A stretch of DNA of 63,887 bases, counting the filler, from Octopus bimaculoides (Eukaryota): assembly GCF_001194135.2 (NCBI RefSeq). It is 6 parts of 6 records of this genome, joined end to end, with 100 filler letters (N's around TTAATTAATTAA, not from the genome) between each part and the next. Parts side by side here need not be neighbours in the genome. Positions count along the whole stretch, not along the records: positions 31,871 to 49,910 come from NC_068992.1; 5 more parts are not named here. One strand, given 5' to 3'. The notes under the pieces are model-generated. The model was given only the letters and a program-made list of their open reading frames with translations, ran no database searches and was not told where the DNA came from. Positions within the stretch are counted from its first letter, which is position 1; every line of letters starts with the position of its first letter. The translations under genes and the position numbers were made by a program. Below are positions 36,992 through 48,096 of this stretch, in pieces.

Positions 36992-37994
36992 ATACCATAC
37001 TTCTGTTCCTGTCTGCCAGCAAGAAGTCATGTTACATATTTCTGTTCCTGTTCTACCTGGCACACATCGCCAAGTTCCAACTTCATGAGAATATGTATAT
37101 TTTCTTCAGACAGTATCATTCAAGATGTACCAATGTTTTCTGTGCCAATTCATTTAGCAGTTGAATAAAGGGTGGCAATCAATTACAACTTGTTTTCTTG
37201 TATTTCTTTCCACTGTTATACTTGACTCATTGGAACCAAGAAAGTGTAGTTATATCAGGGCCAGAACTACACTTAGCAAACTTACTAAACCCTAAACTCT
37301 AATTCCAACCCTAAACCCCAACTCTAACCCAGGTGTATCTCAAACTTTAGCTTTTGAATTCTGACTACTGTCTACCTGAACTGAACTACAGTAGTATAAT
37401 GTGCAGTTTGTTTTATTGCAATTTAACATAGTTTTGTCATTTTTCATTAAAAAAATTTCATTGAGGATTTCCTTTTCATATTGCCTGTTCCAGCATTTCA
37501 CATGACTTTATTCATTTATCCTAATAATACTAAAACTCTAGAGATGTTTGTGTGTACCCAAAATATCTCAGAAATAGTATATATTATTTTAATCATTTTT
37601 GCATATTCATTTTCATACTTACCTTCAGCAGTGCAGTACAAATTTTTGTGATATTTGGACCTCTATTAATGAAAACAATTGAACACAATTTTTGTTTATT
37701 TCTTGAAAAAAAACAAAAAACATGGCCTCCGTGACGTCAACACACACATAATGAATGTCATGGCATGTCAATCAACACAAACATATGCCTGCTATCTGTG
37801 ACATATACACACACATAGTCTTCATGCTCTCTAAGAAAGAAAGAAAAACAGACTTTTTGACGTACACAATCATTTGGAAATATTTTTAACTGAATGTGAT
37901 TTCAAATATGTAAGCTTTTTTTAAACAGACAATACTTTAATATTTTTTTTAAATTATTTTCAAGTGAATGGCGATCTTTCCCTTGTCATCCAGA

Positions 37995-38225
37995 GTTCGT
38001 TAATTTCCGTAAAATTTTTTTATTTATTTACTTTTGTTTTAAAGTGAGAGAGAGGAGAAATTGAAAGATGTATGTACGTGTATATGAAATGGACATGCAT
38101 GTGTGACAGAGAAAGAGAGAGTGAAGGGGCGTTGTCATGTAGAGCACATATATCAATACATATGCATGCATCTTTTTTGTATGTATGTGTGCATGTGTGT
38201 GTTCTCATGTATGTGTAAGTGGCAC

Positions 38226-38279
<54 letters not shown>

Positions 38280-38382
38280 GCACGTCCATTTCATATATAC
38301 ATTCATATATCTTTCACTTTTTCCTCTCTTTCACTTTAAAACAAAAGTAAATAAACAAAAAAAATTATGGAAATTAATGAAC
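37995..38382. mobile_element. Foldback/MITE with arms of about 130 bp
   Basis: 37995-38125 is the reverse complement of about 38223-38382 (GTTC(G/A)TTAATTTCC(G/A)TA...CTTTTGTTTTAAAGTG...GAAATGGAC); the right arm has an expanded (CT)n(CA)n. Confidence 0.8.
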
Positions 38383-38458
38383 AAAACCAGCCGATCAGGT
38401 TGACAGTTCTGAGAGTCAAGGCGAAAGATCGTCCCAAGAGAATACCATTACACAATTT

Positions 38459-39138
38459 GGATTTTGTTCAAAACGGGGGCACCAGTATTTTCTTAACGAA
38501 ACACTTTGAAACNNNNNNNNNNNNNNNNNNNNNNNNNNNNNNNNNNNNNNNNNNNNNNNNNNNNNNNNNNNNNNNNNNNNNNNNNNNNNNNNNNNNNNNN
38601 NNNNNNNNNNNNNNNNNNNNNNNNNNNNNNNNNNNNNNNNNNNNNNNNNNNNNNNNNNNNNNNNNNNNNNNNNNNNNNNNNNNNNNNNNNNNNNNNNNNN
38701 NNNNNNNNNNNNNNNNNNNNNNNNNNNNNNNNNNNNNNNNNNNNNNNNNNNNNNNNNNNNNNNNNNNNNNNNNNNNNNNNNNNNNNNNNNNNNNNNNNNN
38801 NNNNNNNNNNNNNNNNNNNNNNNNNNNNNNNNNNNNNNNNNNNNNNNNNNNNNNNNNNNNNNNNNNNNNNNNNNNNNNNNNNNNNNNNNNNNNNNNNNNN
38901 NNNNNNNNNNNNNNNNNNNNNNNNNNNNNNNNNNNNNNNNNNNNNNNNNNNNNNNNNNNNNNNNNNNNNNNNNNNNNNNNNNNNNNNNNNNNNNNNNNNN
39001 NNNNNNNNNNAATACAAAAATTTTTTTCTGTTCTATAACACAAAATAGATAAGTATACGAAGTTTGAAAGTCTTTCGGTACCAAAAACACTACATAAAAC
39101 ATTAATGAAAACTGGTGCCCCCGTTTTGAACAAGATCC
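38459..39138. mobile_element. Non-autonomous TIR element (centre lies in an N gap)
   Basis: 28-bp TIRs GGAT(T/C)TTGTTCAAAACGGGGGCACCAGT, 27/28 match; subterminal arms homologous to those of 46341-47102. Confidence 0.85.
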
Positions 39139-39179
39139 CAGAATTTTTTTCAAATGCATTCAACATATCTCAGCTCCAA

Positions 39180-39291
39180 AGATTTGGTTATTCCTAGCAC
39201 GCCCTGCTACCACGTAACAGCTATTTGTGATAACGGACCCGAAATACCTGTTACATGGTAGCCGGGCGTGCAAGAAATAGCAGCCAAATCT
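39180..39291. repeat. Imperfect palindrome / hairpin
   Basis: GCACGCCCTGCTACCACGTAACAG (39197-39220) pairs with CTGTTACATGGTAGCCGGGCGTGC (39248-39271), 22/24; outer AGATTTGG/CCAAATCT. Confidence 0.85.
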
Positions 39292-39716
39292 TTCCTTTTC
39301 TGGGGGGGGGGGAGCCGTTTACGCATGATTTTGATATCACATTCGTTGAAAGCATGCGAAATAACCTGGAGAAGAAAAAAAAAACCCCATGAAACAAAAC
39401 TCCGTTGTTGGGAAACTTCTAGAACAAGTGAATAATAATAGCAGATCCAGCGTAAAGAATTACATCAATACACCAGATTTGAAAATTTTCGCTTAAATTT
39501 TAAAATTTCAAAAAGTGAAAGACAAACAGAAAAGATCCTAGACTATGAATAAAGTTGCATAATCTAAAATACTGGATATAAATATAATTGCTAGTTCTCT
39601 ATGCAGCAGAAACAAATGTCGGTGGTATTTAAACCAATTATGCTGTTATAATTAACTGTTTAAAAAAAATGTAGATGTACCAATTTCCGTATTCATTGTA
39701 ACTGTATGCGAGAGAA

Positions 39717-39763
<47 letters not shown>

Positions 39764-41020
39764 GCGCAGAAAATAACCATGTTCAACAAAAAGATTTAAA
39801 CTTGGCCTACACCATAGAATAGAAAGAATTATATGGATGGGAAAATGATCTGACTTATCATGAGTAAAGTATGACATAAAATTTCATCAATAATTGGGTG
39901 GGGTTTCTGGTATTTTTCAGGTACGGGATCAGAGTCAAAGGGACTTCTGAATTACTCTTTGAGTCTGAGTGTTTGTTTGTGAGCGCATGTATGAATGTAT
40001 GTATGTATGTATGCATATAAAATTTTTTCCACAATTTCTTAGACCGAAGCGGAAACAAATAATAAATATCGTACGTAAAAGTATTTGTTTAGAAATTATA
40101 TTACCTAATTTACATCATTAATTAGATAACATGTTCTGAAGTATGTCATTCTTAATCCCGGAATCTAGATACAAGGAAAATATCTTTAAACAACAATATC
40201 TACCTCCTTATGATGCAACTGTTACACACTCGTTGGACCTCTTAGCAAAGACACGCAGCGTATGTTAGTTTGTCTCTAAGATTTGCCAAGTACTTTCGAT
40301 TTGTCGCCGATTTCAATATTTTCAGTTTTTTCTTCTTACAATTTACGTTTTTGATCCATTAGAGACATTCTAGGGGATTTCAGGATCAAACGTCACAAAT
40401 TTGCAGACTGAACAACCACGACTGTCCCGGCCAACCAGAGATGTGCAGTAAACCTATATTATCATACATACATACAAACATACCCTCGTATGTGTGTGTG
40501 TGTGTGTGTGTGTGTAATGCTAAATACAGTTTTTGGTATATGTATATATAAGGTTAGATGAGTTTATGAGATATACCGGTATAGTTTCGCCTGCCGATAT
40601 ACCTACATAAATATAATATGCAGAATAAGAATAAAATAGAAGAGAATTTAAAAGAGAGAGGCAGAGAGAGAGAGGACTATGATTTTTGTGTGTACAATAA
40701 ATTTGCTGTTTCGCTTTGTATCTATTAGGCTGAAAGCCAATTTTTTGTTTAGCATTTTTTTTCTCATAATAAGGGGTTAATATATTGTCAATAGAGTAAT
40801 TTTAAAATTACATGTCATAATACAGGGCTAATATATTGTCAATAGAGTTATTTAAAAATTACCTGGACTATTATATCACTGATACTTTTGTGTGTGGATG
40901 TCATTCTTTTCTAAATAAACGTTTAGTTCTTGTCGGACACAAGCAAGAAATTTCATAGCATTCCAATATGTAAATTCGTTTGAGATCTAACACCGCCTGA
41001 CGTGTTTGATTAACTACCAT

Positions 41021-41033
41021 GTTACCTAGCAAC
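41021..41033 (+). promoter_or_regulatory. RFX X-box motif
   Basis: GTTACCTAGCAAC fits GTNRCC(N0-3)RGYAAC; flanked by TGACGT (CRE-like) at 40998 and 41054 in non-repetitive sequence. Confidence 0.5.
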
Positions 41034-41399
41034 TGATATGGCTACCAAATATGTGACGTAGAATACCATTTTACTTGTTTTGCTTATATTTTCCTCCTCC
41101 TGCCACTTTTGTTCTTAATTAGTCCCTTGTCAACTTTAATCAAACGTATCCAAGATGTTTCTGTCTTAACAATCCAATATTTTATTTAACTAATGTATCT
41201 AGAACTATATTATTGTCCTTGTTTAATTGGCGAAAAAAAATGACCATCCCCAAGTATAACAACGAATTTAAATTTATTTAGATGTGGACAAAACAGAGAA
41301 CACAACTGAAGAATTAAAAGAAAAAAGAGAAAAAAAACCAAAACAATTCACCACCATGGGTTGAAAAGTTGGGAGTGCTGGGAAACCTCTCTAATGGCT

Positions 41400-41640
41400 A
41401 TTGAGACATGCTTGCAGCGTTGCTGTGGGTGATGGCAAGACTGATGTGCTGGAACAGCCAAACGCCCTCACAAGCCTCACCAGTTATCTCTAATCAATAG
41501 ACCAAACCCATGCATACGTCAGCTCCCACTCTGAGAGCAATGGAGACACGAAGTTCGTTCAATCTGAGCAGACCACCAACATTAGCCACAGGGAGGGCAT
41601 CAATCCAGTCACCTGAGTATTTGGCGCTAGCAGACAGTAA
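41400..41640 (-). mobile_element. CRE-clade non-LTR retrotransposon 3' fragment
   Basis: LLSASAKYSGDWIDALPVANVGGLLRLNELRVSIALRVGADVC, then WLFQHISLAITHSNAAS, the typical FQRxSxAIQRGNA C-terminus; the region between is deleted. Confidence 0.7.
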
Positions 41641-42244
41641 GTGGCACCTTGAAAACTGGTCCGACTAGATGAAGAGGGAGTCAAAGGTGAAGACAATGCT
41701 AAGTTATTTGCAAGTGATTAAGCAGTTTTTTCAGAGTTGTTTAATCTTGATTGAATGCCTTGCCCATATCTTTTGTATATATAAGAAGAGTACATTGTCC
41801 AATATGCCCTTTCATTGAGGGAAATTTGACTGCTATTCCTAGCTAATCAATCGCCTACACAAAAGACTCTCTTATTGGTTTGAGATCTATGAAATTGAAG
41901 AAACAGGACTGTCAATGATGTCTAAACTTCTGGGCACACATTAGAGCAATGGTTTTTATCGGAGCAGGGAGCTGCAACGTTTAAGGAGGAATGGAGAAAT
42001 TGCTATGTTAAATTAAAATGGTTTTAAACTTTAAACTTATTCATTACTATGCACAAAACAGTATTATATGGTTGCAAACTCTGTTTTATTTTCTCATTAA
42101 TAAAGAGGCGAAGGTAGGAAAATTTCGCTAATATTTGATGGGTACAGCTAGTATTTATTATTTTGAGAATCATTGAATCAGAGGTTTGCTGTATGTGCAG
42201 TTGGTGAAAATATGTCCCCACACTCTCACTATGTAACAGTTATC

Positions 42245-42590
42245 ACCTGTTGCAAACATTTGGAGAAAAAGGATAGTGGCTATCAGGCTCACTGACCAAC
42301 TGTTTTAAATACCTCCCATTTCAACAACCAATGCATCTGCTAAGAATCATAGTGGCGTGTATACATGATGATGTACTTGAAGTATAGTTTCGTCCAACTT
42401 TTCTTACACGTCCTGAAAGAGGAGAGCAAACTTCTGCTGAAGGTGATTGGCTACGTTTTATCTCCATTTTTAAACATGTCGGTGAGCGGTTGTGAAACTT
42501 CAATGTAGTTCGGGTTGAATTGGCAGTAGAGATTGATGAAACCGAAAAATTCTCTCCAATAGTTCCTGAAAGTCTTCATTTTCTTCAAGA
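42245..42590 (-). mobile_element. Gypsy RT-connection / RNase H fragment
   Basis: REFFGFINLYCQFNPNYIEVSQPLTDM ... PLSFFSKCL with frameshifts and stops. Confidence 0.75.
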
Positions 42591-42633
42591 CCCGATCAAA
42601 TTAATGCGAGACTTGTTATAAAGTGTCAGTGCA

Positions 42634-42752
42634 AAAGTTGGTCTTCAATTTAGCAATGAAAAGACAAAAGTCATGATTATTGGTGAGGCACAGCAACAAC
42701 AAGTTTGGTTGATGGAGCTGATTCTGAAAGTTGTTGATTTGTTTACGTATCA
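42634..42752 (+). mobile_element. RTE-type LINE RT C-terminal fragment
   Basis: KVGLQFSNEKTKVMIIG...LKVVDLFTY. Confidence 0.6.
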
Positions 42753-44104
42753 CTGCTAAAGCTGCACAATCGAAGAGTGATGTGGAGAAGAAATTCGACA
42801 AAGTCGCGGCTGTCTTCCAGTATTTGAAAATGTGTTGCAAATGGGTTTGTAGGAGTCAGGAAAGCTATTTTTTGTTGTTGCAGCATAGCACAGTTGTGTT
42901 ATGGTATACTTGAACTTCATTTTTCCATTTGTGTACTTGCCTTTTCTTGCATTTCTTATATCGTTTTTCTTGATGCATTCATGTTTTTTCCCTTGTTTGA
43001 ACATTTCACTTTGCATTTTTCTCCTTCCTTTTTCTTGCTGCATTACTGTTGTTTATATTGACTTGTAGTCTGAGCAAGGGTACTGCAGGAGTCATGAAAG
43101 CTACTTTTTTGTTGTCATGGCACAGCACAGTTGTGCTATGGCATACTTCAACCAATCAGAGTTGGGCACATATTAATACTAGAAGCAGTTATCCGCCCCA
43201 TAGGCAAGTGCACGTTTTTTAACAGCCAATGGAAGAACACAAGACAAACCACATCAGTTCTCCAAAGATGGGACCTGCCTGTTTTTCTCACCAACTTAGC
43301 ACTGCAAACTTCTGAGTCATATTAAGCTCTCAACACTGACCACATCATGGATATCCTATTACATTTTTGTCAACTTCGCCTTGTGAGCACCCATTCAGTT
43401 AGTCTATATCAACACAACTCTACCTATATATAAATAAACCACTCATGAGTGGTTTATTTCCATCTAAGCTAGCTTTATAACTGCTATCTTTTAAAAGCTT
43501 ACAACCAAATAGCTTCAATTATAAGTTTTAATGCTCTCCTCTGAGTCCTACACATGTACCTGCTTCGCTCATCATTTTTCAGTTCCCATTACTAATTTAA
43601 TAAAATTACAATGTTTTGTTTAAAAACTGCCTTCTGATATTCTATTACACATGCTTCTCAAATGCACATTTACTGGAATTTTCTATGAACACTTTCATAC
43701 TTTAAATCACTGACTCTTACTACATTGGTTACATTCTACACAGCTTACTGGTTATACTGGCGACTCACTACAGGTTTATAGGTACAGCCACATGTGAATG
43801 ATGTAACAAAACTTTGCAAGCATTTAATAGTAACTTTTATTTCACCACACAAGTAATTTTCATGTTGGTTATGAATTAGAAAGTTTACACAAGTCAAAAC
43901 AATTGAAAAAAGTAATTCTGTAACATTCATAAATAGTTGATTACAAAAGCTCTGTACTTAAGCTTGCCAAGAACAGGAGAAAAAATACACATTAGATTCA
44001 TATCAGCCAACTATAACGACATATCCAGGTTGAGTAAGAACTGTAGAAACTACCATTGTAAACAGAAAAATAGTGTGTGATACCAAGTGTTTTTCTTTTT
44101 TTTT

Positions 44105-44722
44105 TTTTTTTTTCATTTTGAGGAACAGATGATTGTCAGATGGGGAATAGGGAGTGTGATCAACCAGTTCAAAGCCACAGTCACGAACAGCATCCATTGA
44201 AACCAAGGATGTGTGTGCTGAGCATTGTCCTAACGAATTAAGACCCACTTCATCAATTTTCTTGGGCGTTTGGTCTAACCCTTTTAAAGATAGCCAATAA
44301 ACACAATGCCTTTTGTATCCCCCAAAACTGAGGCCATCACCTTCCCTACAGATGAAATGACTATAGCCGTCTTTGAAGCAGGTGGGGAGGGGTGTTTTCA
44401 TTGCATGGATTGCCTCTCTGTCTCTGGCTCAAAGTGATAATCCCAACACTGATCCTGACATAGGAAACATTCAAGGAAACCAGCTAGACCTGCTTCAAAC
44501 GATGTCAGATTTTTGCCACGGTGCATTCTGTCAGGTACGCTTTTAATCAGGTGTCAGAGACTTGCACCCACCGAGCAGAAACCTTTGTCATGCCAAATTC
44601 CTTGTACAGGTTATTCTCAACTTTCTCATGGGATATATAGGCTATTTGATTTATAGTCAATCACCTGTCATGCATCACCATGTGGTGAGCACAATCAATG
44701 TTTTCCTCGGTGCTGACATCCA
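44105..44722 (-). mobile_element. Decayed mariner transposase
   Basis: STEENIDCAHHMVMHDR*LTINQIA; AHTSLVSMDAVRDCGFELVDHTPYSPSDNHLFLKMKK (remnant of HPPYSPDLAPSD). Confidence 0.8.
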
Positions 44723-45099
44723 GACCTTTTCCTTTGGTATACAATATTCTTCACTACATGTAATTGTTGACAACTGCTACACATTGCTAGTAATAGAAAC
44801 AGGGCACATCTGTGGAGGTGATATGTCAGAACTGAATTTGGGTGTGTGTGTGTGCACGTGCGTGCGTGCATGCGTGTGCGTCGTTGATCTGAGAAAGTAG
44901 TCTACCATAAACCTTTCTAGCAGAACGAAAGTCTAATAAAGCAATAGGTAAAACTTCCAACCATCGATCCAAACTGGAATGTGCTCAGAAAGCGACTTTA
45001 AACTGTCGATGAAAACATTCTATCATTCCGTTAGACATGGGGTGACTAGCAATAGTATAGATCAGACACGTACCTAGCAGGTTCCACAGATCAGCAAAG

Positions 45100-45790
45100 A
45101 GACTCAATTCAAATTAATGATTATGATTAAAGGAATTCCAAAACATGAAATCCACTTGTCCATGAGGGCCTTTGCAATGGTAAGGGATGAATTATCCTTA
45201 ATAAGTATGGTTTCAGACCATCTGAAACATTCTATGCATACCAAAAGATACATTTTATCTTGGACTGGCAGTGAAGGACCAAGCATCAGGAGTAGCAAAA
45301 GTGCTTAAAGGCATCTTAATATGGCACTGAACTTGAGCTTTCTGACAAGATATACAATGGTGCAACTTATTACGAATGTCCTTCTGCATACTAGGCCAAA
45401 CAAAATGAGTTGAAATTAATTTTACTGATACTAAAATGCCTAGATGAGATAAATTGTGGAGAGCTGACAAAACAGTTAGTTTATAATTCTCTGGAGCAAA
45501 CAGTTGAGAAAAAAAACCCCAGTAGAGACATCACACCATATAGACGAATCAGTAGAGTGTAGTAGCAATGAGCTAAAATCTAAAGAAGATGATTCCAATT
45601 TTCGTAGTTGCAATAACTCCTCATCTTTTTTCTGATCCATAGCAATTTGTTGCAGGTCAATAAAATCAGCAGTATGCAAAGCATTAACATAAAAATGAGA
45701 CAAGGTGTTTGCTGCTGAATTATCAATACTCTTGATATAACAAATATCCACAGTAAATTGCAAAATAAAATCAAAGTGTGTGATATCACA
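45100..45790 (-). mobile_element. Gypsy (CsRn1-like) RNase H end / integrase remnant
   Basis: QFTVDICYIK..NSAANTLS; LHNLSHLG...FVWPSMQKDIR...CISCQKAQ (HHCC finger); GPSLP...RWSE.I...KWISCFGIP. Confidence 0.85.
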
Positions 45791-46340
45791 CAGAGTATTT
45801 ATCTGTTATAGAGTGCAGTGTGTAGTGGTTAAGTGTGTATCAGTATGTGTTAAGGTGAACAAATGCGATAGGCATGTGGATACCTTTGAAGTAAACAAAT
45901 AAATGACATCAATTCATAGTTAAAATAATTTATTTACTGTACTTGCATTTGCCTTTGGTATACAATATTCTTCACTACATGTAATTGTTGACAACTGCTA
46001 TGAATTGCTAGTAATAGAAACAGGGTACATCTGTGGAGGTGAATGTCAGAACTGAATATGTTTGTGTGTGTGTGTGTGTGTGTGTGCGTGTGTGCGTTGT
46101 TCATCTGAGAAAGTAGTCTGCCATGAACCTTTCTATCTGCCAGTGTGCCATGAACCGTTCAGTCTGTCTGCCAAAGCCTTTCTGTCTGTGTCCTACACCT
46201 TTCTGTCTGTCTCTCTGTTGACCACGGTATTTTATAACCGCTCTGGCAGCTAGAAGGACAGACATACTACAGCAGAGATTGTGCCTAAATAGATCAGTTC
46301 CTGTGCATTTGAACTTCGCCTGGATTTTTCTGATTTGATG

Positions 46341-47102
46341 GGCAACACTTTTCATTTATGTTTTATGTAGTGTTTTTGGTACCGAAACACTTTCAAACTT
46401 CGTATACTTGTATATTTTGTGTTATAGAACAGATAAAAATTTTTGTATTCGAAGTTATTTCATGTAAAAAATTGTTGTATTTCAGTAATTTCAACCAATC
46501 ACTGACGTCTATTGACGTGAAAACAATTACTGCCGTGGAATGTAAACAACATGTTCTAACGGTGTCATGGGATCTTTTCTCTTGAATAAAATTAGTGCCG
46601 TAGTTTGTCATCAACAACTATCCGTGGTACTGTTATTTATGACATCGTTCATGCGTTTGTACTGGTTTTAGTTTTAGGGTTAGGGTTCGGGTTTTAGAGT
46701 TAGGGTTAGTTTTAGGGTTACGGTTAGGATTATGATTATTTTTGCCATAACCTCACTCATAACCCTAACCCTAACCCTAAAACCCTATAACTCATAACCA
46801 TAACCCTAAAACCCGAACCCTAACACCCTAAACTCTTACTAGGGAATAATGATATAATTAAACAGGGAATAACACTCTTGACACCGGCAAAAATTATTGT
46901 TTACAAAAACAGCAGTAACTGTATTCAGCTGAATAGACGTCAGTGATTGGTTGAAATTACAGAAATACGACAACTTTAACATGAAATAACTTATTAAGAA
47001 GAAATTTTTGTTAGGAAGGCTAAGAGAAAAAGATGTTTTATATGACACATTCTACCAGTATCCCAAGTTTGAAAGTGTTTCGTTAAGAAAACAAGTGTTG
47101 CC
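46341..47102. mobile_element. Foldback element with head-to-head telomere-like core
   Basis: Ends GGCAACACTT/AAGTGTTGCC; internal IR of about 60 bp (46456-46513 / 46932-46990, AATTTCAACCAATCACTGACGTCTATT); degenerate (TTAGGG)n at about 46668-46725 facing (CCCTAA)n at about 46760-46835. Confidence 0.8.
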
Positions 47103-48096
47103 TGTCAAATCAGAAAGATCCCTTCGCCTGACACGGCTGAGGTCGTATGTCAAAAGGAGATGATTTATCATTTTTTGACAGGACAAAGAAAACATTTTTT
47201 CGCGCCTGTTGATCATGGTGGTTTGGACGACCAAGAATCCTTAGATTCAGTTTTGAATCTAAGCTTGGAGAAGAAAGTGTTAATTTTTACACTACCCCAC
47301 TTCTAGTGAGAAAGCCTCAGAAATTGAACAATATTGGGAATGTTATTTTGTGTGTATGCAAAAAAAAATTACACAGTGAAACAGACACAGTGAAATGAAT
47401 ATACGTCAAAAACATGGACGTGAAAAAAATAAAAGTATAACAATATGAAGCAAAAAAAGATTCACTGTTGGTGTGTGCAATATGGTAGGCAATACATATA
47501 TATGCCCAGAAACATGTTGGTGCGTTGAAAGAAATGTGCGTCTATTGATTACTCGACCCACTAGAGGTCTAATAGAGGCAAGGTGTCTTTCAGTGGTGCA
47601 AAAGATCCAGTGACAGCACACATGAAAATGTGAGTGTTGATTGTGTGTAAGCATACAGGGAGCAAAACATTTAAAAGAAGGCAAAACGTATGTGCATGCA
47701 AGGAATTGACAGAAAAAAGAAAAATGTTCGTAGAAAAGTTCGTTTGTAAAATGTTCAGTCAATGTTCATAAAAATGTTTTTCGTAGTGTGTAGAAAAATT
47801 ATACAAAATGTTCATTGATTTATTTTGGTTTGTATGCGGGTGATGCAGTCATTTGGGTTATATGTTGATGTAGGTATTTCATTTGAGAAGATGGGCAGCT
47901 TAAGAGTTTGAACTTAACCAAAAGACTTGAACAAACCTTGCGGACCATTGAACTGTTCTTCCCGATTTGGTGTGCCAAGCTTGTGCAGAATCTGAGGTGT
48001 TTGCTGGAGTTGTTGAATCCATTTCAGGAATGGAGGGAACTGGAAGCAAGTCCTCTTCGATGTAGGCTTTTTTAAACAATCAACTGATACAGTATT

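Larger units (their letters stand above)
33138..37289 (+). mobile_element. Decayed LTR retroelement (CsRn1-like, tRNA-Trp primed) with two LTRs
   Basis: LTR1 33138-33747 (TGTAGC...GCTAAA); PBS-like TGGTGACCTCAGACGT at 33750; purine tract CTGAGGGTAG before LTR2; LTR2 35642-37289 split by a 1.1-kb insert. The two LTRs are collinear, roughly 80-85% identical by eye. The internal region has only weak gag-like remnants. It sits in AACCCT-like repeats. Confidence 0.8.

Noticed and set aside
46660-46840. Ancestral telomere-telomere fusion site
   Set aside because: Arrays are short, degenerate and symmetrically enclosed by the inverted repeats of a dispersed element with a relative at 38459.
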